Shown: one piece after another, positions 20,776 to 30,497 of the stretch
How positions within the stretch are numbered: position 1 is the first letter of the stretch
Layout: each line of letters starts with the position of its first letter
Notes under the pieces: model-generated
What the model was told of the DNA's origin: nothing
The model's input: only the letters and a program-made list of their open reading frames with translations
Databases searched by the model: none
Translations under genes and position numbers: made by a program
From: a bacterium
Lineage (GTDB): Bacteria; Bdellovibrionota_C; UBA2361; RFPC01
Direction of reading: 5' to 3'
Length of the DNA: 64,000 nucleotides
Assembly (NCBI GenBank): GCA_009926305.1
Contig: RFPC01000005.1
Coordinates: forward strand, 7,649 to 71,648

Positions 20776-22339
20776 ACGTCAGATGAAGCCGAATATACCA
20801 AATCCTCAATCAACGTACTCATCCTCAGATTTCTTAAAAAAACTGAAGGGCGCTCTGGGAAAGGATGGAGATTTCCCCGCAAGCGCCCGGCTAGTGAGTC
20901 AAATACAAGATATTACCTCGCGCCCAGAGACTACTACCCAACAAGTGGCAGAACTCATTCTGCGGGAACCTACACTGGGAGCTCGAGTGCTCCATCTTGT
21001 AAATAGCTCCTTCTATGGGAGAAGCAAACCAATACTCACCGTGAGCCAAGCAGTCATACAGATTGGCATGCGCCCGATTGCGGAGCTGTGTACGAACCTT
21101 GTCCTCTTGCAGAAATTCATCCCGCTCACCCGACGAAGTGGACCCTTTGCCCAATGTTTTCAAAGAACCATCACCACTTCTCTTTTAACGAGCATGATTG
21201 CAACAGAGTCGAGGGAAGCAAGCCCTCACTCGTCTTCCAGAACTTCGGATTCTGCGCATCAAGGAAGAAACGAGGCTGCTTATCTGGCGGGTACATTTGG
21301 TGAGTTGGGCCTCCTGCTCATCTCTTTCTATTTTCCGAAGCTATTTGATTCAGCAAAAAACAGAGCAGCATCAAAAGGAATTACCATCTCGAAAGGCATA
21401 CAAGAGCTCGTAGGACTGACTCCTATTGAAATCAGTCTTGAAGTATTACAAGAGCTCAATCTTCCGACCGAATATCAGTCCATACTCCAAACAACCTCTT
21501 CCTTAGAACGGGCGGCTCTATTGCCCGGTGAAAAAGCACAGAAAGAGATGGAACGTATCTTATCAACAGGACCATCGGGCGAGCTTGCCCAAGCGCTCTT
21601 TGCAGGAGGAGCACTCGCTGATGCCTTCTCCGGGGAGGACCCATTAAAGCAACTTGAGACTGCCATAATCGAAATTGATAAGATTCTCCCGCTTCCAAGC
21701 ACTCTCCTTACCGATTCAGTTCAGAGCTTCATAGAGTGCTACGATCAGTATTGCTCATCCATGGAGGTTGCTTTACCACCACTCCCAGATGATGTTGTGA
21801 ACATGAATGTTTCACTGAGCGCTGAATCAGACAAAGAATCAATCTCTCCCGAAGCGAGTAGTGAGGATCTGTCGCAGTTCATTGTAGAAGTACGTACGGC
21901 CGTCGAACAACACGAACCTCTGTCGTCCATTATCACAACAGTGATGGAAACACTGGCATGGAGCCTAAAATTCGAAAGAGTGCTTCTCCTTTTATTCGAC
22001 AAGAAAAAGCAGAATCTCACCGGACGAATGGCACTCGGAGATATCCCCGATTTTGAACCGAAGCAGTTCGTACGCCCCTTTGATTCAGAACAACCAACAG
22101 ACAACTGGTCAATAGCGATTGCAGAAAATCGCCTTGTCTTTACGGGCGAGCCCTTACTCTCTGGTGGAAGGAGTTTTGTACTTATGCCAGTGGGTTTTGA
22201 TAACAGGCGCGTAGGCTTAATCTACGGAGATAGAGTTTGCGACCAGAAATCAGAGAAGGTATCCGAGCAAGAGCGTGGTGCCTTACAGGTCCTGATGGAG
22301 CTTCTCAATAGAGCAATTGCTTTAAAAAACGACGGATAG
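20756..22339 (+). CDS. HDOD domain signalling protein with C-terminal GAF-like domain
   Basis: N-terminal HDOD-like region (ELILREPTLGARVLHLVNSSFY). Overlaps the kinase stop by 20 nt; an alternative ATG lies at 20783. Confidence 0.65.
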   Translation: MQSQKDKRQMKPNIPNPQSTYSSSDFLKKLKGALGKDGDFPASARLVSQIQDITSRPETTTQQVAELILREPTLGARVLHLVNSSFYGRSKPILTVSQAVIQIGMRPIAELCTNLVLLQKFIPLTRRSGPFAQCFQRTITTSLLTSMIATESREASPHSSSRTSDSAHQGRNEAAYLAGTFGELGLLLISFYFPKLFDSAKNRAASKGITISKGIQELVGLTPIEISLEVLQELNLPTEYQSILQTTSSLERAALLPGEKAQKEMERILSTGPSGELAQALFAGGALADAFSGEDPLKQLETAIIEIDKILPLPSTLLTDSVQSFIECYDQYCSSMEVALPPLPDDVVNMNVSLSAESDKESISPEASSEDLSQFIVEVRTAVEQHEPLSSIITTVMETLAWSLKFERVLLLLFDKKKQNLTGRMALGDIPDFEPKQFVRPFDSEQPTDNWSIAIAENRLVFTGEPLLSGGRSFVLMPVGFDNRRVGLIYGDRVCDQKSEKVSEQERGALQVLMELLNRAIALKNDG

Positions 22340-22460
22340 TTCACCCCTCATCTCTCTAGGCGACTTCCGACAGAGCCTTCGTCTCAAAAGACTCCCATAT
22401 TTCTCCCTGAAAAGGACAGTCCTCGACAAGATGAGTTGAGATCGTTACCCTAAACCCATT

Positions 22461-23525
22461 ATGTTTCGAGTTATCAAGAGTGCCACTGTCCTGCTGTTCA
22501 TGAGTCTTATCGGACTTGTATTCGCCCTCGTATTAGTCGAAGGGTTGTATCGACTCAGTAGCGGGATGGGTTCTCGCGTCCCAATATGGAATGACCGTCC
22601 AGTGGCGTACATAAACCCGAAGAATGCCACTACACTCCAAGGAAACCAATATAATCCTCGCAAACCCCCAGAGGTCTATCGCATTGCGGTATTAGGAGAC
22701 TCCTTTACCTTTGCCCCATACATGCAGGTTGATGATGCGTTTCCTGCTCGATTAGAGCGCTTTTTGCGGATGAGCGCGGACTCAAATCAGCAATCATCGC
22801 ATATTGAAGTAATCAACTATGGCGTACCTGGCTTCTCAACCTCTCATGAGGTAACTGAAGCAAAAAGGGCGGTGACTGAAGGTGCCGATCTTCTCATTTT
22901 ACAAATTACCCTCAACGACCCTCAGCGCAAGTCATACCAGCCAACGGGACTGACCGGCAAAAACCAGTTTGGCCCCTATCAACCGCCCCAAATACTCAAA
23001 AAGATACTTCCATACTGGAAATCTCTCGGCTACTTCCTTGAACGGATTCATAATACGAATACACACTCTCGCTATATTGAATATTACCACACACTCTTTG
23101 AGGAAGACGCGTCTTGGAATAGTTTTAAGGGCTCGGTGGAGAAGCTCGCAAAATTTGCTCGTAAAAAGAATACGCCCCTCGTAGCAGTCGTATTCCCACT
23201 CTTCGGTGTTCCGCTTGACAAAGATTATCCTTTTCATCCGCTGCACGACAAAGTGCAGTTGCTCCTCGAGGCTGAAAACATACCAAATACCGATCTCTTT
23301 CGCCTCTACGAAAATATTCCCTTAGAGCGAATACAAGTAATTCCAGGAGCTGATTTTCATCCGAATGAGATAGGGCATCGATTGGCGGCTGAAGCAATAT
23401 ACGACTGGCTCGCTGGTTTTGACTATATTCCAAAAGCCTATATGCAGGCACCGCGCTTCAAAGCTCGCACTGATATCCGTTTACTTGACCAGAACCGGAT
23501 ACGAGAAGTGGAGAAATTGGGATAG
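22461..23525 (+). CDS. SGNH/GDSL-family hydrolase with N-terminal TM anchor
   Basis: GDS block (VLGDSFT) and DxxH block (DFHPNEIGH). Confidence 0.72.
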   Translation: MFRVIKSATVLLFMSLIGLVFALVLVEGLYRLSSGMGSRVPIWNDRPVAYINPKNATTLQGNQYNPRKPPEVYRIAVLGDSFTFAPYMQVDDAFPARLERFLRMSADSNQQSSHIEVINYGVPGFSTSHEVTEAKRAVTEGADLLILQITLNDPQRKSYQPTGLTGKNQFGPYQPPQILKKILPYWKSLGYFLERIHNTNTHSRYIEYYHTLFEEDASWNSFKGSVEKLAKFARKKNTPLVAVVFPLFGVPLDKDYPFHPLHDKVQLLLEAENIPNTDLFRLYENIPLERIQVIPGADFHPNEIGHRLAAEAIYDWLAGFDYIPKAYMQAPRFKARTDIRLLDQNRIREVEKLG

Positions 23526-23528
23526 CCT

Positions 23529-24239
23529 ATGTCTTTGGAACAACTCCTTACCACTGAAGGTTACCTCATTTACCTTATTCTCTTTACCTTATTGATGGGG
23601 GGTGCCCTCGGACTCCCGATTCCAGAAGATCTCCCTCTTATCGCTGCCGGAGTATTCGCCTTTCGTGAAGAAGCGAACATTTATGGTTTATTCGCGACAT
23701 GCTATCTTGGAGTGGTCACCGGAGATATTATCATTTTCATCATTGGGAGAAGGTGGGGCTCCGCCCTTTTTTCCAGCCCGTGGTTCAAAAGAAAACTTTC
23801 TCCAAGACGTCTAAAACGTTTCAAACAGGGGCTTGAACGGAATCGCTTCTTTACTATTGTCCTCGCTCGACACCTCTTTTATCTCCGTATGGTTACCTTT
23901 ATCGCGTGCGGTGCGGTGAAAATGAGCTACGCTCGTTTCATCATCGCAGATGCAATCGCTGCCCTTGTTAGTGTGCCGTTAATGATGGCGATTGGATACA
24001 GCACATGGGAGCACCAAGATCACTTACTCGAAAATATCGAATGGGTCTTGCTTGCTCTTATCGTAGGAGCAGGCTTCCTTCTTTTACGCTCACGGCTCTC
24101 ATCGCAAAATAAAAAGAGAAGATCCCGCAAAAGAAGCTTGACCTCATCTCAAGGCGACTCATCGCTGAAGGCTCAAGGTAAGGAAGTCTCTGATAAAGAG
24201 GGGGCTAATGAACAGACCTCTCCCGTTCAACCACAATAA
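23529..24239 (+). CDS. DedA-family (TVP38/SNARE-associated) membrane protein
   Basis: GLPIPEDLPLIAAG motif in a multi-TM protein with a basic C-tail. Confidence 0.78.
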   Translation: MSLEQLLTTEGYLIYLILFTLLMGGALGLPIPEDLPLIAAGVFAFREEANIYGLFATCYLGVVTGDIIIFIIGRRWGSALFSSPWFKRKLSPRRLKRFKQGLERNRFFTIVLARHLFYLRMVTFIACGAVKMSYARFIIADAIAALVSVPLMMAIGYSTWEHQDHLLENIEWVLLALIVGAGFLLLRSRLSSQNKKRRSRKRSLTSSQGDSSLKAQGKEVSDKEGANEQTSPVQPQ

Positions 24240-24591
24240 GGTCATGCAGCGCCTTACCAATTGATTCGCGAAATGAATACGCGGCTCCCTCGATGGCACC
24301 TTTTTTTGATTTGATAACGGTCTTATAGCAATATGAAAACTCTGACATCTCCAATCCAGCGTGAAATAAGATTGCTTGTCTTACTTCTATTTGGAGAATC
24401 ATCTGTTCGACTGTTGGCAACCAAATATACGAATCTCTCAGTGCGGGAGGAGTGAGTCCGCCAGTATCAACTAAAACTGATATTTGATCCGGACTTTCCC
24501 GTTTAGAAATCTCATCTCCAATCTCTGGATTCCAGATGAGCCCAATTTTGTCGAGGTCACAAGCAACCTCCAGAAAATCACCAAAAGCCAT
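24205..24591 (-). CDS. Hypothetical protein
   Basis: 128-aa ORF overlapping the dedA 3' end by 35 nt in convergent orientation. No motif recognised. Confidence 0.35.
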   Translation of the reverse strand: MAFGDFLEVACDLDKIGLIWNPEIGDEISKRESPDQISVLVDTGGLTPPALRDSYIWLPTVEQMILQIEVRQAILFHAGLEMSEFSYCYKTVIKSKKGAIEGAAYSFRESIGKALHDLIVVERERSVH

Positions 24592-24759
24592 AAAGAACCT
24601 TCTCTTTTCCTACTGGAATATTCGGCATTCCATTTCTACCGCTTTACCCTCTTATATCTTGGGATGCGAGGGAGTTAGCATCAGGAACGATTTTGTTGGG
24701 ACTTTCAGTGAGATATAAATCGAATGGTCATTCTAACTCGGATAGCTTCCGCTCAGAGG

Positions 24760-25179
24760 CTAATGGAGTTTCGTCTCTTCTGGAGAGCTTGGCTCATCGG
24801 CAGCCGGATGTTCCGAGCTTTCTCCCTCGCCTGCCCCCTTGTCTCTGTTCGAGGAAACTCCTTCTCCTTGAGAGATTTCAGGCGCCTGTTCAGGAGCAAG
24901 CATATAGAAACTGACACCGACAAGAGCTACAAGAGCAACGATGATCAAGACTGGCTTCGCAAAAACCACAACACTGAGCCCCAGCACGATTCCAATAAGA
25001 AAGGATGCCTCTCCATTCTCCTGAATCCAAGTACGTCCTCGAAAAACCTGTTCTCGAACAAGGCCAATCCACTGGCTCTTAGAACGCTTTTGAATCTCAT
25101 CAAAAATATTGAATGCCATCAGTCTTTCCTCTTCTTTAGAAACTTCCTTTCGAGCATGATATTCAAACACATGCAACAA
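24760..25179 (-). CDS. Hypothetical small membrane protein (one or two TM segments, acidic C-terminus)
   Basis: Hydrophobic core FLIGIVLGLSVVVFAKPVLIIVALVALVGVSFYM. The opposite-strand ORF looks non-coding. Confidence 0.35.
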   Translation of the reverse strand: MLHVFEYHARKEVSKEEERLMAFNIFDEIQKRSKSQWIGLVREQVFRGRTWIQENGEASFLIGIVLGLSVVVFAKPVLIIVALVALVGVSFYMLAPEQAPEISQGEGVSSNRDKGAGEGESSEHPAADEPSSPEETKLH

Positions 25180-25294
25180 TACTGTTCATCGGCTGCTACA
25201 GAGTAAATATGAAGGGGGAAAAACTCAACTCTTGTTTCATTTTTCCCTGGCAATGTACTGCCAATATTCAGGATGCCAGCTTCTCCACTTGTGC

Positions 25295-26074
25295 TTACCA
25301 GTAATTCTCCAAATGAAGATTCCCTGATTGCTTCCGAGAGTGTTCTTGAAAACCAGCTGCTGTCAGTAGCGTCACGACTGATTCAATCATACTAGGATTG
25401 CCACACAGAAATACATGATCAGTCTCCTTATTCACGGTTACGAGACCTTCTGCTACATAAGACTGTACATAGCCAGTTCTCAATCCCTCCTCTTCCACCT
25501 CTTCTCTACTGACGGCTCGAAAGTATTCCAGATCATATTCTGCTGAGTTTATCAAAGTCGTAATCTCTTCAGCATATGCAAGATCTCGCTTATATCGAAC
25601 TCCGTGGAGAATCGTTATTCTCCCGAATCTCCTTAATACCTCTGGTGTTCTCAACATAGAAATGAACGGAGCAATCCCTGTTCCAGTGGCAATGAGTATG
25701 AGATTCTTGCCAGCTACTACTTCGCATGTGGTGAAGGCTCCTGTGAACTTCTTTTGTACGAAAAGCCTGTCACCTGCTCGTAGTTCTGAGAGCCCAGGTG
25801 AAAGTGCGCCATCCTCAACTCTCGCAATATAGAACTCGAGTGCATCCTTATCAGATGGAGATGAGGCAATACTATAGGCCCGTTTTGTGAGGGATCTCCG
25901 AGGCGAAGCACTTTGACCGGCTGCTGTTTCAGCGAGAGGCAATCCGAGTGCTACATATTGTCCAGGCTTAAAGTCTGGGATAGGGGCATCTGGAAGAACC
26001 CGAAGGAGAAATAACCCAGGCGACAAAAGAAGATTGTCAACCACGGTTGCGTTTAAGAGAGAATTACCTACCAT
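25295..26074 (-). CDS. fpr: Ferredoxin/flavodoxin-NADP+ reductase (Fpr-type)
   Basis: RAYSIAS FAD motif and GTGIAP NADP motif. Start set at the internal ATG (MVGNS...) to avoid overlap with divergent trmL. Confidence 0.8.
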   Translation of the reverse strand: MVGNSLLNATVVDNLLLSPGLFLLRVLPDAPIPDFKPGQYVALGLPLAETAAGQSASPRRSLTKRAYSIASSPSDKDALEFYIARVEDGALSPGLSELRAGDRLFVQKKFTGAFTTCEVVAGKNLILIATGTGIAPFISMLRTPEVLRRFGRITILHGVRYKRDLAYAEEITTLINSAEYDLEYFRAVSREEVEEEGLRTGYVQSYVAEGLVTVNKETDHVFLCGNPSMIESVVTLLTAAGFQEHSRKQSGNLHLENYW

Positions 26075-26093
26075 AATGTCAGTAGAGTATGAC

Positions 26094-26549
26094 ATGAATA
26101 TCGTTTTAGTTGAACCAACAATACCCCAAAATACGGGCTCGATTGCCCGAACATGTGCTGCGACCCGCACCCCCTTGCATCTCGTAGGACAGCTTGGTTT
26201 TGATATATCTGAAAAGGCAGTAAGACGAGCAGGTCTCGATTACTGGCCTTATGTTACCATCACTCAACATAGGAGTTGGGAAGCATTTCAGAGTTCAGGT
26301 ACCGCAAAACAGTGTTGGTACTTTACGAAGTTCTCAGACAAACCGTATTACGAAGCCAAATTTGAACCTGGCGACTACCTTGTGTTTGGAAGCGAAACTA
26401 CGGGGCTTGGAAAAGAATTTCTCAATCAGTGTCCAGCAGAAGCCCTACTCTCAATTCCCATGGATGAACCGGGAGTAAGAAGCCTCAACTTAAGCAATGC
26501 TGTTTCAATAGGACTCTTTGAGGCTCGCCGTCAACTTACACTTCGGTAA
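26094..26549 (+). CDS. trmL: tRNA (cytidine/uridine-2'-O)-methyltransferase TrmL (SpoU family)
   Basis: MNIVLVEPTIPQNTGSIART N-terminus typical of TrmL, about 151 aa. Confidence 0.8.
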   Translation: MNIVLVEPTIPQNTGSIARTCAATRTPLHLVGQLGFDISEKAVRRAGLDYWPYVTITQHRSWEAFQSSGTAKQCWYFTKFSDKPYYEAKFEPGDYLVFGSETTGLGKEFLNQCPAEALLSIPMDEPGVRSLNLSNAVSIGLFEARRQLTLR

Positions 26550-26602
26550 ATCTTTCACGTGCTCAATCCGTGTACGCCAGACTCCCGTAGGAGCACAGCA
26601 CT

Positions 26603-27223
26603 CTATCGCATGCCCCTCTCGTGACTTGCTTGCAAGTGTGCTCGAAAGAGATTCATTGCTTTCACTCGGTGGGTTTCAAAAGTCGCGTCTTCTTGCTTTA
26701 TCTGAGCCAGCGTTTTTCCGGTTCCTGTAACTTCAAAGATTGGATCATAACCAAACCCCTCCCCTTTACGAGGAGTTTCTGTTATCGCCCCTTCGAGCTC
26801 CCCCCGAAAATACGTAGTATCGTTCTCAGATACAGTAAATGCGAGCGTACAGACGAATTTTGCCCTGCGATTCTCCACCCCCTCAAGCTCTTGGAGAACT
26901 TTTGCAATGTTGTCATCGAATGTACAATTCTCACCAGCATACCGGGCGCTGTAGAGACCGGGAGCTCCGCCAAGCGCCTCGATTTCTAGCCCTGAATCAT
27001 CACCAATAGTTGGAATGCCAGCCCATCGAAAATATGCGCAAGATTTAAGTGCGGCATTCTCTTCATACGTTGTGCCGACTTCTTCAACCTCCCCTTGAAA
27101 AGGCGAAATCTTCTTCATCTCTGAATACTGTTGTGGCGAGGCAAGGTGGAAGTCTGCACCTTCTAGGTATCGAGTCAAATCTCTGACTTTGCCCATATTT
27201 GATGTTGCGAAAAGAAACCACAT
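26603..27223 (-). CDS. rdgB: dITP/XTP pyrophosphatase (RdgB/Ham1)
   Basis: ATSNxGK, SPQ and GDDSGLEIEALGGAPGLYSARYAGE motifs. Confidence 0.88.
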   Translation of the reverse strand: MWFLFATSNMGKVRDLTRYLEGADFHLASPQQYSEMKKISPFQGEVEEVGTTYEENAALKSCAYFRWAGIPTIGDDSGLEIEALGGAPGLYSARYAGENCTFDDNIAKVLQELEGVENRRAKFVCTLAFTVSENDTTYFRGELEGAITETPRKGEGFGYDPIFEVTGTGKTLAQIKQEDATFETHRVKAMNLFRAHLQASHERGMR

Positions 27224-28209
27224 TACTGACCACCTTCTTTATCACTTTGAACGCAATCTCCATCGCTTCGATTGCGAAAGACACAGTACGTGACGATCCA
27301 GACAAGAACAATCGCCAGCCATGAAAACTCCTCCGTGAGCAGATAATACCGACGCCCAGCTCCAGACGGATACTCAAAGCCAAGAGCTGGATCACATAAC
27401 TTTCCCACTATTTTCACGGTTGCAACCCATCCAGCATGCAATCCAATTACAGGAAGTAACGATCTCGTGCGCTCAAGCGTAGAGCACAGAACTACGCCGA
27501 CCAAAAAAAGTCCAAAACTCGCTCCCAAGAATCCAGGCTCCATCACCCGTCCGACTAAAAGTCCAAGATAAGAGAATCCGGTAGAGAATTCGAGCTCAGT
27601 AAATCCCCATGATTTTACTGGCTGGATGAAGTGCACAATTGAGTACAAGGCTGAAGAAAGACCTGCTGACCACCAAAATGAAAGGTACTGTCGTAAAGAG
27701 CGAAAAAGGAAAAAACGAAAAAACACCTCTTCAATAAAAGAAATGAGGAGGGCTGCAGGAATTACCTTTAGCAGTCTCTGGAAAACCGTCCCCCACGAAT
27801 TATCTGACCACTCAAGAGTGCCACCACTCACTAACAGTGGAACCACACAGAGACTCAAAAAGAATGTAGTAAAAAACCCCAGTATTATTGGAGAAGCTTT
27901 TTGTCCCCTCACATGGAGGTGAAAATCATCTCTGTACTTCTCGATATGAAAATGCCGACGCCTCAGAAGAAACAGTGCAACTGCTACTCCCATAATCACC
28001 CGATCATAGACGCGAGAATAGGGCCATGGGAGCTCCGGCCATACGGACTGAAGCCATATAAAAAGGGCCGGCGTAATCAGAGCTGATAGAACCAAAGAGC
28101 CGCAGACCAAGAGCAACAGCTCAAAAAGAAGTTTGCGAAACGTGGCTCTTTCTTCTTCAAGCCCGAGATGGTGGTTAGCATGTTCCAAATTGTATTCCTG
28201 ATTATTCAC
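27223..28209 (-). CDS. CPBP-family (CAAX/Abi) intramembrane metalloprotease
   Basis: EEVFFR motif and a downstream FxxxH motif in a polytopic membrane protein. Overlaps the rdgB start by 1 nt. Confidence 0.72.
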   Translation of the reverse strand: MNNQEYNLEHANHHLGLEEERATFRKLLFELLLLVCGSLVLSALITPALFIWLQSVWPELPWPYSRVYDRVIMGVAVALFLLRRRHFHIEKYRDDFHLHVRGQKASPIILGFFTTFFLSLCVVPLLVSGGTLEWSDNSWGTVFQRLLKVIPAALLISFIEEVFFRFFLFRSLRQYLSFWWSAGLSSALYSIVHFIQPVKSWGFTELEFSTGFSYLGLLVGRVMEPGFLGASFGLFLVGVVLCSTLERTRSLLPVIGLHAGWVATVKIVGKLCDPALGFEYPSGAGRRYYLLTEEFSWLAIVLVWIVTYCVFRNRSDGDCVQSDKEGGQ

Positions 28210-28414
28210 ACAGTGTCTAATCAGAGACTATAGTAGAAGCTGACACTGGAGAACAGAGCTCAAGACGTCTGATACCCCTCTTGTCTGAAAATATCGCGGC
28301 TTAGGAACAACTTCTCTTACAAAGGTACGATAAGTCTTTTGCTCACTCGACGAGGAGGCAAGGCGCACGTTGCTGACGAGAGTGTGTTTCGTATGAGCGC
28401 TTTCCTCTGAGTGT

Positions 28415-29152
28415 CTATGCAGCTTGATTATCGAGCGCCTGCTCGCTTGCATACCGAGACCGCTTCTTTCTGCGCTGAATTTTCCTCATCTCTTGTAGGC
28501 TCGCTCCAGCAGAAGGTCTATCGTCACGCTCAAGGCTCTGTTCGAGTTCAATTTGCAGATTCTCAAGCGCTTTTTTCTTTACGCGAGAGATGTGACACCT
28601 GCTGTACCCCAATGAACTGGCAATCTTCATCAACTGCTCGCCTTGAAGAAACAGACGCTCAATTACTTCTCGCTCTAATGGATCTAGTCGCGTACATGCG
28701 CTCTTGCTCAGTTCAATCAACTCTTTTTGAAGCAAAAGGTCGTCTGGGTTACGCTGATCAGTACCAGAAATGGCCTCCACTACATCAAGTGCCGTAATGG
28801 TCTTTGGCTCTTCACCCTTCTTCCCTTCTATCTCCTGACCAGGTATAAAATTTGCCTGTGCTGCTGCAGTCACGGTACGAATCAAATTCCCCTTCAAATG
28901 ATAGTATAAAAACGTCATGAAGCTGGCCCCTTTTTCGGGATCAAATCGTTGCACAGCCTCACAAAGAGACAGGTCTACAACACTATCAACTTCTTCAAGA
29001 TCAAGACGTGCCTGCCACCTTCTCAAAATACTCCGTCCCAGCTTCCGGGCTTTGATTCGATACTCTAAAATCATTTCGTCGTTGAGAGCCTGCTCATTTA
29101 CCGTTCCCTTCTTTGTCTTCTGTGAACCTTTTCGAGCCTTAACCTTTGTCAT
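28415..29152 (-). CDS. Sigma-70-family sigma factor, group 3 / FliA(sigma-28)-like
   Basis: Region-2-like segment (RFDPEKGASFMTFLYYHLKGNLIR) and a region-4 HTH (LMKIASSLGYSRCHISRVKKKAL), 245 aa. Confidence 0.78.
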   Translation of the reverse strand: MTKVKARKGSQKTKKGTVNEQALNDEMILEYRIKARKLGRSILRRWQARLDLEEVDSVVDLSLCEAVQRFDPEKGASFMTFLYYHLKGNLIRTVTAAAQANFIPGQEIEGKKGEEPKTITALDVVEAISGTDQRNPDDLLLQKELIELSKSACTRLDPLEREVIERLFLQGEQLMKIASSLGYSRCHISRVKKKALENLQIELEQSLERDDRPSAGASLQEMRKIQRRKKRSRYASEQALDNQAA

Positions 29153-29448
29153 GCCACTTCTCCTGTAGAACCTACTGTACTGTTGATTTCAAATAACCTT
29201 TCCTGATCAGTCTTACTGAGCTCTTCGATACATGAGACCAGATCTAACAACCCTGCTTGGAGTAATAGTCGAGTCTGTGTAGCTGGAACATCCTCAACGA
29301 GCGTAAGCAGCTCTTGAATCGTATCCAGTGCCTGGTATCGTGTTTCTTTTATCGAATTCACTTGATTTGCTCCTTCAACTCGCCTTGCCCCTAAACAAGG
29401 AAAGACGGTGTGTGTCAGAGGCATCCCCTGACAAACACTGGTCAGCAC
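29149..29448 (-). CDS. Hypothetical 99-aa protein, translationally coupled upstream of the sigma factor (possible anti-sigma/FlgM-like)
   Basis: 4-nt overlap with the sigma-factor start. No motif recognised; the anti-sigma suggestion rests on position and size only. Confidence 0.35.
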   Translation of the reverse strand: MLTSVCQGMPLTHTVFPCLGARRVEGANQVNSIKETRYQALDTIQELLTLVEDVPATQTRLLLQAGLLDLVSCIEELSKTDQERLFEINSTVGSTGEVA

Positions 29449-29617
29449 TAAAGGACTAGCCGCTTCATAAAAAGTGATAACATATTGTATTTATTCTCTT
29501 TATTTATGGCTTTTTTCAGTCACTCGCAAAGAAAGGCGACTTGGTTCAGAAGAGGTTTGTAAGGATGTGTCGGGTATGCGAAAAACAGGGACAGGCTAGC
29601 AAAATAGGCACCATCAA

Positions 29618-30424
29618 ATGAGTGAAGATACCCCGCAGGATGACCAAGAGGGTTTATCCATCGAAGAAGCAAACGCACTTGTCGAGGAACATCGAGGCTG
29701 GGCTGAGAGTATAGCTCGGTCGGTTGCTCGTGGTTGGAACCTTGACTGGCAAAATGACGGACTCGATGGAGCTGCGATGGAGGCTCTGATCTTTTGCTCG
29801 AGACGGTTTAATCCAGAGCGTGGCATCCCGTTTCGTGGCTATGCAAGACGAAGAATACATGAAGCCTCTACTGAAGCAGCCCGAGTATCAAAAGGCTGGA
29901 CACGCTCGGGGTCTGATACACAGTTTGAACGACTTGCTAAAGAGGTATCGATTGAACTTTTTGAACTCTTTCCCGAACTTCGCAGTGGAGCTATTCCTAT
30001 GTCGCTTGACCAAGAGGAAGGCGATAAGGCAATGCGCGCGAGCATCAGACAACTCTTAATCGGCGCAACTCTCGTCACCACGCGACAGGGGCTCGCCTCA
30101 GCTTCGCTCGATGATATCGTTGATACGAAACGAATGGTGACCTTCTTAGCGCATCTGGAAGTAATTCATCAAATAATCATATGGCGAATGTATTGGCATG
30201 GGGATTCAATGAGAGCAATCGCATCCGAGTGGGAAATGGACGAGCTGAATGTAATCCGAGAACATAAGGCCCTTGTCGACCATTTACAGAGGGCAATCGA
30301 AAAAAACAGCTCCTTTGAACCGCTAAAAGTCCGACCTGCACTCAGGCCGCTCTCTATTGAAATGAAACAAAGAAAGCAGGCGGGCCCCTTTACAGAACTC
30401 TATGCGCAAGGACAGAAAACGTAA
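29618..30424 (+). CDS. Second sigma-70-family sigma factor, FliA/group-3-like
   Basis: Region-2-like segment (RFNPERGIPFRGYARRRIHEA) and a region-4 HTH (MRAIASEWEMDELNVIREHKALVDHL), 268 aa. Confidence 0.72.
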   Translation: MSEDTPQDDQEGLSIEEANALVEEHRGWAESIARSVARGWNLDWQNDGLDGAAMEALIFCSRRFNPERGIPFRGYARRRIHEASTEAARVSKGWTRSGSDTQFERLAKEVSIELFELFPELRSGAIPMSLDQEEGDKAMRASIRQLLIGATLVTTRQGLASASLDDIVDTKRMVTFLAHLEVIHQIIIWRMYWHGDSMRAIASEWEMDELNVIREHKALVDHLQRAIEKNSSFEPLKVRPALRPLSIEMKQRKQAGPFTELYAQGQKT

Positions 30425-30497
30425 TGGCCTTTACGCCTCAGGGAAATATCAAAAACCAGTAAGGGAAAAAATCCAGAATGACTGTAGGAAAACAAAA

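Noticed and set aside
24724-25206. 160-aa plus-strand ORF
   Set aside because: Amino-acid composition looks non-coding. The opposite-strand ORF has a plausible TM helix, so that strand was preferred (itself low confidence).
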